A stretch of DNA of 64,000 nucleotides, taken from positions 1 through 64,000 of the forward strand of contig CBFFRP010000089.1 in assembly GCA_965644295.1 (NCBI GenBank). The letters are read 5' to 3'. Origin of the DNA: Paraphysomonas bandaiensis. Its lineage: Eukaryota; Protista; Chrysophyceae. This document shows positions 1 through 11,489 of this stretch, in pieces (within the stretch, counting starts at the first letter, position 1; each line of letters begins with the position of its first letter). Made by a program: the position numbers and the translations under genes. Below the pieces are notes generated by a model that was not told the origin of the DNA, searched no databases, and saw nothing but the letters and a program-made list of their open reading frames with translations.

Positions 1-1058
1 TACGTATTCCAACACTCCCGTTCAATGTAAAAATGGGTAATCATCGTTATACTACAGTTATATATTTCTCTGAATCTGGTCATGATATAGGATAAACGGA
101 TGTGAAATCTTCATAAATCTACTGTGAACTTCACGCACGCTGTAACACAGTTATGTGGGATTCATACACACTAAACACACCCTAACCTAAAACACACCCT
201 AACCTCTCCTAGAGCACTCTTCACTCACCTCTACTTCATTAAAATACTCCTCTTCTTCCTGTAACCATTGCTTCGTGAAGCTTAAACAGCTTTGAAGATA
301 GCGCTTTCGTGAATATATCGGCTTGTTGAGACATGTACCAACCTTGCTGTAGGAAATCACTGTCCACATCCTCACGGACCCAGTGATATTTTATTTGATA
401 CGTTTGGATCTTTCGTGCTATACTGGGTTTTCCGACAAATCTTTGCACTCTTGCTGTCCATGAAGAGTGGAGTTGGCTGTGTCAGCGATAGTCCTAGTTC
501 ACGTAACACCCCTTGTAGCCACACCAGCTTCTGTATTGTCACATACTCAGCAATATATTCGGACTCCATGCTAGAAGTTGCAGCCGTAGTTAGTTGTTTT
601 GATTGCCATGCAATTGCTCAATTAGTACACAAGAATACAATATATTATCATGTAGTTGAACGTCTTGTGAGTATGCTCCGCCCAGTCGACTTCGCTGAAC
701 CTATTACCACTGAATTTGATTCCTTTATTCGCTGTTCCTCGCAGTTATTTCATCAAATAAATGCGTTACATTACTACTGACATTCGACAGCAATCCAATA
801 GCATTGGCTAGTAGATCTGTCTTGTATGAAGTTCTAGATATAGAATAGGTCCTATGATACTGTGATATGGAAACGTTGATATCCATTTCTCCTGTTCTGA
901 TGTAAGCTCTTCTGCAGCAAATATTCGCATTGGATGGTGATTGCGCTCTCGTTCTTCCTGCTATGTCTTATGACAGATTTAAATTTCTCAATCACGTTCT
1001 CCGCATATTGTGTCTGATCCTATTTGAACCGCTGTACACCTCTCGTGATACGAATATT
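1..1058 (-). mobile_element. 3' part of a degenerate Ty1/copia LTR retrotransposon (RT C-terminus, RNase H, PPT, start of 3' LTR)
   Basis: Minus-strand frames read IRITR..DQTQYAENVIEKF (copia RT), SSMESEYIA..LVWLQGVLRELG..PTPLFMDSKSA and IKYHWVRE..QQADIFTKAL (copia RNase H), with stops and frameshifts. Purine-rich TGAACGGGAG (24-15) is followed directly by TGTTGG (from 14), as expected for a PPT/LTR boundary. Confidence 0.88.
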
Positions 1059-4000
1059 TCGATGATCGAAGGCTGCTGCGAGTAATGAGGGGGAGTCAAG
1101 GCAGCCAGTGTCCGTAACAGACATGTTCGGAGGTAACGGCGTGTGTAGAATATGATCGATCCGCGATATTCCTTTGTCTAATCTGTGGAAGGTATGATAT
1201 GTTTTCCTGGGTAGGAGAAGCTCATGGAGTGGTGCAGCCAGTTGGAGTTTGTCGGCAAGTGGTCGTATGTCTCTGCCTTTAGGATTTGTCTCCATGGAGC
1301 CATTGAAGTCGCCGGCGACAATGACAGTATGGTCCTTGGCTCTGGCCTTAGTGACCCATTTCGTAAGGATGTTGCATAGGAGCTTGTAGGGGTCAGCAGT
1401 ACAGATACCACGGGACGCTCTCCCTAGCTTGGTCAATTTGCTCCATAATGTGCAAGTGCCTGGCGTGGATGGCTTCGGGGGTAGATAGACGCTTATTAGT
1501 ACTAGGGTGTGCGCCACCGACGTTTTGAACTCTAGTCGGCTCACTAAACCAAGTCCCGTAAAGTCAGCCTTTGTGAAGGCGAGACGGCGCTTCCAGTATT
1601 CGCTGATTATGACTACTGTACCCCCCATTAGTGGGTCTCTTGAAGTCAGTTTTGGCTGCTTGCTGAGGAAGAGGCATATTCTTGTTCCCTGGAGTGCATC
1701 TTCGATGATACGCGTGAAGAAGTTGGCCTGAGTTTCTGTTAGACGGACATCCTGTAATAGGAGCACGTCCAATTTTTGCCGCTTAAAGTGTCGGATGATA
1801 GCTTGGGCTTTACCTGTGTGTGATGCCGGATTGCCATTTGTGTTCCATGTGGAGAGTCGGAGTCCCATGGCTGCTCCCGAGGGATCCTTGGGGATGCTGC
1901 TGGAGGTCTCTGTAGGAGTTCCACTCTTGTCTGCAAGGAGTCTGTCCCATACTGCTATATTGGCACCGCCTATGTCGCTGTCGTACGCAGCCCTGGCTTG
2001 GATTAATATCTCAAGTGGCCAGCGTTGATCACACCAATAATGATGTCCGTAGTTGATGAGAAGTTCTTCATCCTTAGCAATGGAACGTATTGTACGGACA
2101 TAGAGGCGTTTATTTTTCGTGACAAACTTGACATTAGCCATGTTTGTGGCTAGGGGGTCATTAATATACCCAGCTTCGCATGTTACACATTGTCGGACTT
2201 GGTCAAAGCCATCTATTGCGAAGGTACCAGTACTGTCTTGAACTATGTAATCAGAACGCCTTGTAGACTGACTCATCTTTGTTAGTGGATAGCGTTTGCC
2301 TTTGTACTCAGCAATGATGACGTCTGCTGGGAATGTGTTCTTCGCATAAAGGGATAGTCCTTTGGCAGTGTTATCGGCGTACGCAATGTAGAACTTTCTT
2401 GACCAGTCCCTGTCCCAGCCGGTGGTATCTAGTGCTGGAGTTGGTCTGATCGTTCGTGTGGTCGTGGTTGGGTGTGAGTTGTGAAGGTTCGTTGGTTGGT
2501 CACTTTCATCATAATTTACGACCTTTTTGGCTTTCCGGGTTGGCTGGCATCGACTTGTCAACGCAGTTTGGGCGTGTTTCAACTGCATCTTCTTGTGCGA
2601 TGGTAGTGCTCCAGGGGTTGAAGCCTGCAGAATCTGTCGATTTGTTCGTGCTAACTTGGTGCTGCTTGACGAGGTTGTTCTGGTGCTGGTCATCTTTGAT
2701 GTCCTATTGTTGTTCGTGATTGAGTCCGCGGGGAGTGTAGGTGGAGCGATGGGGTCAGCCGTTGAGAGTATACTGGTGGCCAAGGTGTTTTCAAGAGATA
2801 GTAGGGCGTTGTCTAGGGCAGTAGAAAGACCGGCAGGGTCTAAGAGGAAGTAGTGAGCATCTTGTAGTATGACATGGTAGTAGTTATCACGAATAGCGTC
2901 CCTAAGTTCGTCCACCTTCCATGCGATGTTATAAGCTACTTTGTCAGTAGGGATGCCTACAATGCTGAGGTAATTACCATTTTGCGCCCACGTCGTGCAG
3001 GGGTTGATAGTAGAGGCTAAAAGGTGGACCTCTCGCACTGAGAGCCAGTGAGTTATGTCGTCTTCCGTAGTGTATGTTGTTTTGGTAGGTATTAAAAGTG
3101 CGGCCTGTGCGTGATCTAACTTATGTCGTAGTGGCTGAAGTGTGTGATGGGCCATGCACTCCCGTTGCATTATGTCGAACGCTTGGGTGCCTAATGTATT
3201 TATGAAAGATGCTAGCGTGTGACGGTCCTTGCGTTGTTTGAGGTCTAATTTTAGACAGGAGCGAGTGTGTCGCCTGCTTGAAGCAAGAATGTGCAGATGA
3301 TAGAGTGTGCTGTATGCACAGTACCCATCACTAGGGATATGTTGTTGTGTGCGAAGGGCTGAGGGTCTGAGGGTGAGGCGGTAGACTCTGCTCATGTCGC
3401 ACATATGGAGCCTGAGTTGTCGACGGTCCGTGGGGTTCATCTGTCGTAGTTGACGTCGAGCTCTCGGTGACAAGGAGACTGCAATTACTTCCCTCTGTTC
3501 CTGTTGCTCTCTGTGCTCATGTAGCATAGGTGGTACAGTTGACGGCTCAGAAGTCCAGAGGATATTGGTGCTCTGTCTGGAGGTCTGGTGTTGTAGAAAA
3601 CAGGATAGCCGCTCCTGAGTCCGTGTTAGAGCGTGCATGATGCAGGTGGGGATATTTGTTGCATTGAGTATGTGAAACCCATGCTGGCTGCGTATGATGT
3701 CATGGGTTACCACAGTGTTGGTAGAAGCGTGCACTGTTAGTGCCTGTCTGGAGAATGGTGACAGCTGTGCCCAACCAGGCGCCAGGTGCGGTTGAACAGC
3801 GTCCCATAGTCTGTATGGTATGGAGAGAAGATCGAGTAGCAGTTGGAAATCCTCCGTGTCTAGATGTAGTCCTGTGTGTGGAGTCGAGGATTCATATTGC
3901 ATGAGTGTCTTACGGAGACTAACAGTGGCTGTTGAGGGAATACCCTTTGTCAGGCAAAGGGTCCGCACATGCCTAGATACAACATGAGTGGAGTCTGCCC

Positions 4001-6058
4001 AGGGTTTGTTGCCATTCGCGAGATGCTGGGCAACTAGTAGGGCGCTGTGCGTGGTATCCAATTTGTGCTCTGGTAGCGTGAATGATATCATGAGATCATA
4101 GTTGTCCGTCCTGGAAGCCTTGGCTATGAATCCTTCCCATATGTCTGTACAGGCAGGGGATAGCATGTGTGCATATATTTCTTTTAAAAGGTTTCCCTGT
4201 GGGGAGGCAGCAATGGTTTGGGTTTCATCATATCTAACCCAGTTGTTCAGCAGATCGGAGTGAAAGGGCGTGTGACCCCAGCCCTCTGTGTAGTGTCGGG
4301 GGTGTGTGGCAATGTCCTTGGGCAGTGCATCCGGCCTGATGTCAGGAGTGGTAGTGGAGTGTGAGGATGGGCCGTCTGGGGCTAATGCTAGAGTTCCCAT
4401 GGTGTTCAGTTGAGTAGGGTTGGTGGTAGGTGGCCTCCGTTTGACTGGGAAATAGTCAAATAGAGTTGCATACGGTGTGGTGGCATCCTTAGTGGGTAAG
4501 GGTAATGTGTGGGTGGATTTGCTGGGTCCGTCACCGCTGTTATCGGAAGAGAATTCCTTCCCCTGAAGGGCGTGGGAGGGATGGTTGATGGACCTGGCAC
4601 GATGTACTCCTTGCATTCCCTTGGAATGATATTGCAACACATTTTGGAGACGCATGATGACGAGGTCAGGAATTCTCTCGAGTAGCGCGTGTAGTTCCAA
4701 CTCCACCGGGTATTTGGTGTCCAGGAAGAAGTGGTCGTTGGAGCAAAACACATCATAAGATGGAAGGAATTGAGTTTGTGGAAGGAAGGAGGAATGGTGG
4801 GTAGACCAGTACGCCCAGTTGTGGCCAAGGTCCACTGGTGAATCTTGCCAGATACGAATTCGTATACTCAGGGTTTCTGCCAGGAGGGCTATGATGTCTG
4901 TGTAGCCCCATTGCTCTGGGGGTATTCCGACAGCAGTTGGTCGTTTGCGGCGTAGTGCTTTGTTGTACGTTGTTAGCTGCTGTCGGAGCTTCTTCCGGAT
5001 GCATGCAAAGTTAAGCATCTTGGCTTCAGCGAGCGTGTAGGTACTAAGTACCGTCCTGCTTGTCTGAATGACTTGGAGCAGTTTTGCTTTCGAGGCTGGA
5101 TCATCGGGATTTAAATACGGGTAGTGGTCCTCCTCCGGTTGTTTGTGGTATATTGCGGCAATAGCAGCTAGTCCGCAGAAGCCCTCCATTGGTGTGTTGT
5201 TGTATTCTGTGTGTGTGTAGTGACGTGCAACCAGCATTTTCCCCTCCTCAAGCGAACATCTGAGGTGCTGTTCTATGCGTTCTAAAGCGTGCCTCGATTG
5301 TAGCATGGACATGACACTGTGAACCACCTCTTCGTGTATGGCAATGGCTAACAGACCGCTGGGCGAGTAGAAGGACCAATTCTGCAGTCCGGGGTCCGTG
5401 AAGGCAGCTGGCAGAGGGTGCGGCACAAATAGTTGAGGCAGTACACTTGTGTCAGTGATTGTTCTCTCTTGTTCGTCCTCCACTGTGGGCGGAGGGAGGC
5501 AAATAGTATGTGTGGAGTCTTCTGGACGGGGGGTGCTGTAACAGCTGTGGGTGCTGTGTCAGGTATAGGAGTGGTCACGATGTTGTGTGTGTCTACACAC
5601 TGTTGTGCCAGGTGTTGTAAATGCTCTCGCCATGCTTGCTTGTTGTGGGCACGGATGCGGAGCTTGTTTCGTGTCTGTTGACGTTGTATGTGTGGAGGGA
5701 GGGACTGGATTGTTCCTTCACGAAATTGTTGCAGAGTTCGTTTGCGACTGAGCCGCCGGAGGTTGTTTCGCTTACGTTGTGTCGAGGCCGGCCGTTTTCG
5801 TGGTCCATCACCACTATTATCACAGGAAAAGTGCGGTCCTTGATGCCTTTTCGTGGGATGTACACTGGTGGATCTCGACTGTTTGTCTGGCGGTTTACGT
5901 GGTGGACGCATGTGGGTGCTACAGGCGAAGGTCGTTGTGTCAGGTGAGGGCCCACTATGGATATGTAAGTGTGGACTGGGGGATAACCACGTGTGAGCAG
6001 CTGCGGACACTTCTATGAGTGTACGTTTGATGTTCGTTGTGTCCCAGTCCAGTAGGAG
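1020..6058 (-). CDS. LINE ORF2: basic N-terminal region, three OTU-like repeats, SET domain, APE endonuclease; one frameshift near 5530; ends at the copia junction
   Basis: PMEGFCG..W..HFFL (5200-4715); degenerate repeat (4070-3660); IPSDGYC..W..HYFL (3345-2840); KGLSLYA..IAEYKG..AGYINDP..NVKF..EELLINYG (2400-2030); TWNTNG..LLQD..VYLPP..VAGDFNG..SRIDHI..FDH (1864-1062). Joins ORFs 5348-6010 and 1020-5483. Confidence 0.8.
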
Positions 6059-8640
6059 TCAGTTGGAGTCGGAGCCGAAGATGTCCGAGTCCACCCGAGA
6101 GTGTTCTTCTGAGGACCTTTCTGGGATACTGTGATCTACCTTGTTTTTATAGTAATCAAGTACCGTGAGAGTCGCCCCAGCATCGATCTCATAGAGAGCT
6201 GCAACCGCGTTTTCCATTTGCGCGAGGATGGCATGGATTTTTGACAGAGGTACAAGATCTGAAGCGATGTGTAGAGCTATTTCGCAGAGCTCTGGGCAGG
6301 TGGGAGCTGGTGCTGGCTCTGTTGATGGGGATGTGTCCATCTGTCGCTGTCGTTTGGGAGTGTACGATCGCGGTGTATCGGTCTGCATTTGTGGAGCAAC
6401 AGTTGGACCGAAGGGTTGAAGGGACGTTGGAGGCGGTATTATGGGAGGGGCGTTTGTTGCTGTGTCTGTGGCCTTATGGAGGCCGTATAGAAACCGCTGA
6501 GTAGGGAGGCCAGGGGGGACTGCTATGGTGTGATAGAGGAGCCTTAGAGTTTCGTCACCCAGAGCTTTGCGCAGTAAAGGCACGATACCTGTGCGTGAGA
6601 TTTCCCAACAGAGTTTGATCTTGGTATTCCTGTCGTCCAGGTAAATGTAGGTTTGTTCAACTAAGCGTTCTTTTTCTTTGCGCCCGCTTGTGAGTGGGTT
6701 GCGGGCGGTCCAAATGATGTCCTCTATGTCCGTGGATGGGATACCTATGGCCTCACAGGCTTGCCAGACTTGGATGGGAGATAGGAGTGTTTCAGAGCAG
6801 ACAGCGATGCGGAAGAGTTCTTGAGACGGTGTCCAGTTGGACTGCTTTTGCGTGGGTGTTTCAGTGCTGACCATTCTACAACAGAGTGAGCCGAGGTTGA
6901 TTTCGACATGTCCTCCTATTTCATTATTGAAGAGTGCTTTATAGAATTTAGCTCTTAGATCCTGATCGTGAATGGGATCGTGGAGTAATAGAATCTGATA
7001 GAACCTATATGTTTTATCAGTGGCTCGAGTCTTGCCTCTATAGTGTGTTAGAGTCCAGAATACTTCGTATAGAGGTAGCGTGGGGAAACCTCCCGTTCGG
7101 AGAAGCATATCCAGCGTGTTTCGTAACCTAAAGGCATGTGCAGGTCTGGTGTGCGCTGAGTCTGCATGTAGCCCATATATAGCCGCCACTGGTATCAGCG
7201 AGGGCTCATCCTTGGTGCGACCCACGAAGAGTTCTCGTGGCGTTCGGAAAAGTGATATCTGGACATGTCGGCGTTCGGTCCGAAGGAGGCCTTTGTCATC
7301 GACTGATGTGCCCGTTTCTACATGGAGGTCAAAGCATAGAGGGGAGGAGTACATACATGAGTCAGCGGTAACATTCGCTCCCATGCCCTGTCGGACTTCG
7401 TACCCAGGTCTGCCTAGGTCGAACGCTCGGACTACCCTACTCGCTGTGGGAGCGGGTAAGTCTGAACACGTTCGTGCATCCTTGGCTGCCCTGAAGGTAG
7501 CGATGTCTTGGGGGGTAGGGGGTTGAATGGGAAACCCCAACTCATGGATAAGGTAGTGTGTTATCCCCAGGAAGGTGGCATCATCAGCAGCTTTTATGTT
7601 TGTAAGGACGAGTGTTTTGTACTCTCCCACAGGTAGGTCATTTTCCCATCCCAGAAAGGTGCGTACCGATGGGAGCTGTAGCTGGGGAGTGTCAGCTTTG
7701 GCTTTCTTCTGTTCTCTGATAGCATTTTTGATCTGCGCATCAATGTTGGTTGGTTGATAGGAGGGGGAAGAACAAACTTTGGAGTGAAGGTTCTGGAAGT
7801 GTTGGAATTTGTTTCACGTTTCATTGAAATTGTGTCGAAGTTGCTTCTAGAGAGTGTTGGTGTATATCTGTATGTGAACCGAGTGTTGTTGCGCAAGAGA
7901 CTTAAGCGTGAACTTTGGGGCCTTGCATAGGTGATATACTCATAACCAGCAAGATTGAGTGGGTGTGTGTTGGTAGGGTATTGATGGGGTCCGGGGCTAC
8001 GTGGTGTACCGCATGCTAGCACCGTTTTTGTGTGGTATACATCCTGTAGGGCACTGTAGTACAGTAGCCGAATATACCGTATGCGGAATACAGTGTCTGT
8101 CCAATAAGAGGAATGGGCTGAGGGAGTGATAGGTGAACAGAATGAGGGGGTAACCTGCTGGATGCATAGACCACAGAGAAACCATGTTGGGTTGTTTTGT
8201 GTGGACATCAGGAGGCAGCCCTGTAGCTCAGTTGTGAGGGTTCGAGAGTATTCTGTGACCATATGGAGAGCACCAGAGGATCTTTTGCGTGGACCTGCTC
8301 GCACGAGCCACGTTTTGAGTGGTTGTAACCGTAGAATTCGATAGGTGAGACTATGATGTCTACTGATGTGATGGCATATGAATGCGGTAAGCGCTGCATT
8401 AGTGCAGGCACGTGGTTTAGCCGAAGCCGTTAGGTTGGGTGGAAGTCGCAAAGCCAGGCAGTGAGGCTTGGAACGTGTACAACGTGGTAAAACAAGAGAT
8501 TTGTCGGAGACGAGGTGATCAGCAAAATGTGGCCGAAGAGAGGGAGAAGAGGCCCTAGGCACACTGACATGACTCATCCATACCCTTAATAGGGACATTG
8601 AGCTTAAAGCTGGTTAATAAGGTGAAACTTTGTGTTGAAC
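1059..8640 (-). mobile_element. Non-LTR (LINE-type) retrotransposon, 3'-truncated after the APE domain (no RT in window); 5' end approximate
   Basis: Intronless, GC-richer block with an ORF1 and a long ORF2 ending in a complete APE endonuclease. Composition drops to AT-rich at about 8670. Confidence 0.8.
6059..8598 (-). CDS. LINE ORF1-like protein (no recognised domain); one frameshift near 7763
   Basis: ORF 7594-8598 (ATG start) joins the frame of 6059-7630 with one added base in the C-run at 7763-7767 (..KFVLPP / YQPTNIDAQIKNAIREQ..). An alternative ATG is at 7824. Lies upstream of ORF2 on the same strand. Confidence 0.6.
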
Positions 8641-8844
8641 GGTATTTGCCACCGTAGGGCAGAGAAAGATTTTAAAAAAGTTAGTAATATGTTATATTGT
8701 ATAAAGAATATTATATAAAGTGTAATTGTGGTTGTCTCTTTTATATTATGTATTGTAACTTCAAAGAAGTTAGTGACATAAAAAGTGTACAACAGAATAT
8801 TATGGCGCGTTTTCATCTGATAATGTTTTAACCGGAAAACGTCG

Positions 8845-10500
8845 ACTTTGTGGTGGGGTGTCGTGCAAGAAGGGGAAACTAACGTGAGCCGCATTCTATA
8901 ACAGTATACATAGTCAGCAGATAACGCTCTGCCCACTCATAGCCGAATGCTTGTGTGATACAAGGGACACTAATACATATCATTGGACCTTGACGAATAA
9001 ACAGGCATCCGGGGTATTGGACCAGGGCCTGGTAACCATTAATGGTAATGGCATTATAATTGCTAGGACATTTTTCACTTAAGCCATAATTTATAATTAC
9101 CGGAACTGGACTACCATTAATGGCATGTACTGGTACTTGATATATATATATATACAATATTATGCTATTATAGAATTAAGTGAAATCTAAACAATGCATA
9201 TGCATCTCTACAGCTACTTTGTGGCAACTTTGTTTATATATTATATTGTCAGCGACAAACGTAATGCTATATAATAGTTAGAACGTAGCAGCGTACTTAT
9301 ACTCAAAAACTCTATAAAAGCATTAAAAGTATGCATATTTTCACCTATAGAAAATTTTCATATAAATGCTCATTTTCAAGTTAAAAGAAGCTACAGACTG
9401 TGGGGGAGTACACAAACTAAACACAAAATAATTGAACTCTCTGTAATAATTTTACCTTATATTAACCGACGATGATGGCCAAAAACGTTGATGGCAGTGT
9501 AATTTACAGAGTCTTTATGTTTGTTTTCTAAGCGAGCAAACTGGCATTCCTTGATGAAAGATATACGAAAAAGACGTTTAAGAATTCTAGTTTGCTATAT
9601 CATCCGACAGCAATCACGACAAATGTGAAGGAACTGATTTTTCACAGCGCGTTCTGGATAGCGCCGAGATCACCAAAAGAGCTCGACTTGGTACCTATGA
9701 GTTCAACTGCACCTTCTTGCTTTATATCGAAGCACAATCTATGTTTATGTCGAGAGGCTCTTTAGTCGTGCAAAGTTCATTATAGGACACCTGAGCGTAG
9801 AAACATGAATCCACATCGTCTAGAATTGTTGCTATTCCTACGAGCCAATTACATATTGTGGGATGCATATGCCCTCCATGAAACCCTGCAAGAAGATTCT
9901 GAGGTGCCAGTAGAGAGCGATAAGTAGTTACAATTCATAGTCTGTTATATATTTAACTATAAGTTAGTAATTAAGGGAGCACCACACTTCACTCTCTATT
10001 TAATTTATATGTGAGCGGTATTATATATTTACTACTTAGTTATTATAATGACCATTATAATTTCCGGGAACAGGACTATCATTACCAGGCCCTCTATTGG
10101 GCTACTGCTGTGGTGTTCTGGGGGATAAGTACCACAAGCAGCTTTCGTAGCGTTAAATAGTAGGATAATAGAGTTTGTACTGATTAGTTACAGGTAGAGG
10201 TCTAACTAGTGTGTCTAGCATTCATCTAGCTACTAAATCGGTGCAGGTTTTTATCGCCTATTGCTTAATAATAAGACTTTCAATACTGCTGAAGTCAAGT
10301 ATCCAGGCCGTTCACCTTAAGAACTCAGAAATTCTGAAGTCAGATGATGTCAGGGGTATCAACATTCTGCTTGCTCACTGTGTTTGCTTTGAGTAATAGA
10401 ATGAAAGAATGAAAGTGGCTGCACCTTGGTGCTTGCGGTGCTGCACAATCAGCTCTCGTAGCGCTACATATAGTAGAATATCATAGTTCAGCACTCGTTA
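8845..10500 (+). repeat. Copy 1 of a dispersed non-coding repeat family, interrupted by a hAT element
   Basis: Shares ccttgacgaataaacaggcatccggg, ctgaagtcaagtatcc, gtggtgttctgggggata and the ggtgcttgcggtg..cacaa motif with ~20000-21375 (inverted) and/or 31690-31960. Confidence 0.7.
9023..10095 (+). mobile_element. Non-autonomous/decayed hAT DNA transposon
   Basis: TIRs cagggcctggtaa / ttaccaggccc(c)tc; 8-bp TSD tattggac (9015-9022) / tattgggc (10096-10103). Internal remnant VERLFSRAKF..RNMNPHRLELLLFLRAN..LWD (~9745-9865) matches the hAT C-terminal dimerisation domain. Confidence 0.8.
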
Positions 10501-10976
10501 ATTATAAATAGCAATGCTACATTAGTTCTGACTCTTACATGCCTATTGCTGATAATCAGACATTCTCTACAACTACTATGTGAAATTTAACTACATCATG
10601 GCTTTTTGCAATATATAGTAGAAAAATAATTTTGCTGTTGTGTAATAATTTACATAATTTCTAGATATATGGTTGACATTATAATTCTGTATTACCATCA
10701 AAAACAAGAGCAGTTTTCAAATGTTTTTCATGGATTCTTAAATGGTGTATTTACTTTGCACCTTCTATTTGGGTATTGCATGTCGGCACATCGTGTATGC
10801 ACATTCAGAGAGAAGCCGCAGAAGCACTGAAACACATTATTATACTTAGATAATGATGATACTTAGTAGTCTTGGCAACCAGTCTACATTATTACTGTTG
10901 GGCTCTAACATTATATTCTTATACTCATGCAACAATCAAAACATAATAATATCTATAAATGCGGCATTCAATGAAC

Positions 10977-11489
10977 TAATTAGAAAAACACTTCTGGAAG
11001 TATGGCTTTGAGAATACACCAAATCTGAGGTGTGCAACCTCCCTTGTGCTGATTGTGAATGCCCAAACAATGTGGAACCATTTTTCGCAGCCATGTACTG
11101 CGCCAAGGGAGTGGCAGCAAGTCGGGAGACAGGAATATCCCGATTTCGTCCCCTCTCGTCGCTTTGACCTTGCCATAGATAATTTGATGAAGATGTTCCC
11201 CTGTTTCCACCAGGCGGTGCGCATGAAGAACGTTATCGCAGAGAAGTTCCTTGATACTTATGCCCAGAAACACTGCTCCGTTCCTATGTAAACACTGGTC
11301 ACCAGTAATGTGAATCAACTCCCGAAGTTCAAATTTCCAAAACTCAGATGGTTTCATTTGAAATGATCCAACAGCATTCTTGTCCAATGGCAGGCCAGAT
11401 ACCGGGTCAAATCACCAAAATTCATTTTTAACAACAATCAAAGATAAAATATTTCATGACACCTTTTTTGGTTTCCCTTCACTTCCTTT
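10977..11489 (-). pseudogene. Inverted, decayed copy of the 3' end of the EF-hand gene (18904-19529)
   Basis: Near-identical reverse complement (DKNAVGSFQMKPSEFWKFE...) with internal deletions and frameshifts. The 3' flank 10285-10976 also mirrors 19530-20190. Confidence 0.9.

Noticed and set aside
170-206. CCCTAA-containing stretch resembling telomeric repeat
   Set aside because: Only two copies of a short acacaccctaacct unit inside the copia 3' UTR; not a telomere array.
4524-4565. Canonical 2A peptide
   Set aside because: Does not match D[VI]ExNPGP; kept only as a non-canonical hypothesis in findings.
4406-5004. Alternative-frame ORFs inside LINE ORF2, and plus-strand ORFs across 1500-8350
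   Set aside because: Shadow ORFs with no motifs, overlapping a well-supported frame.
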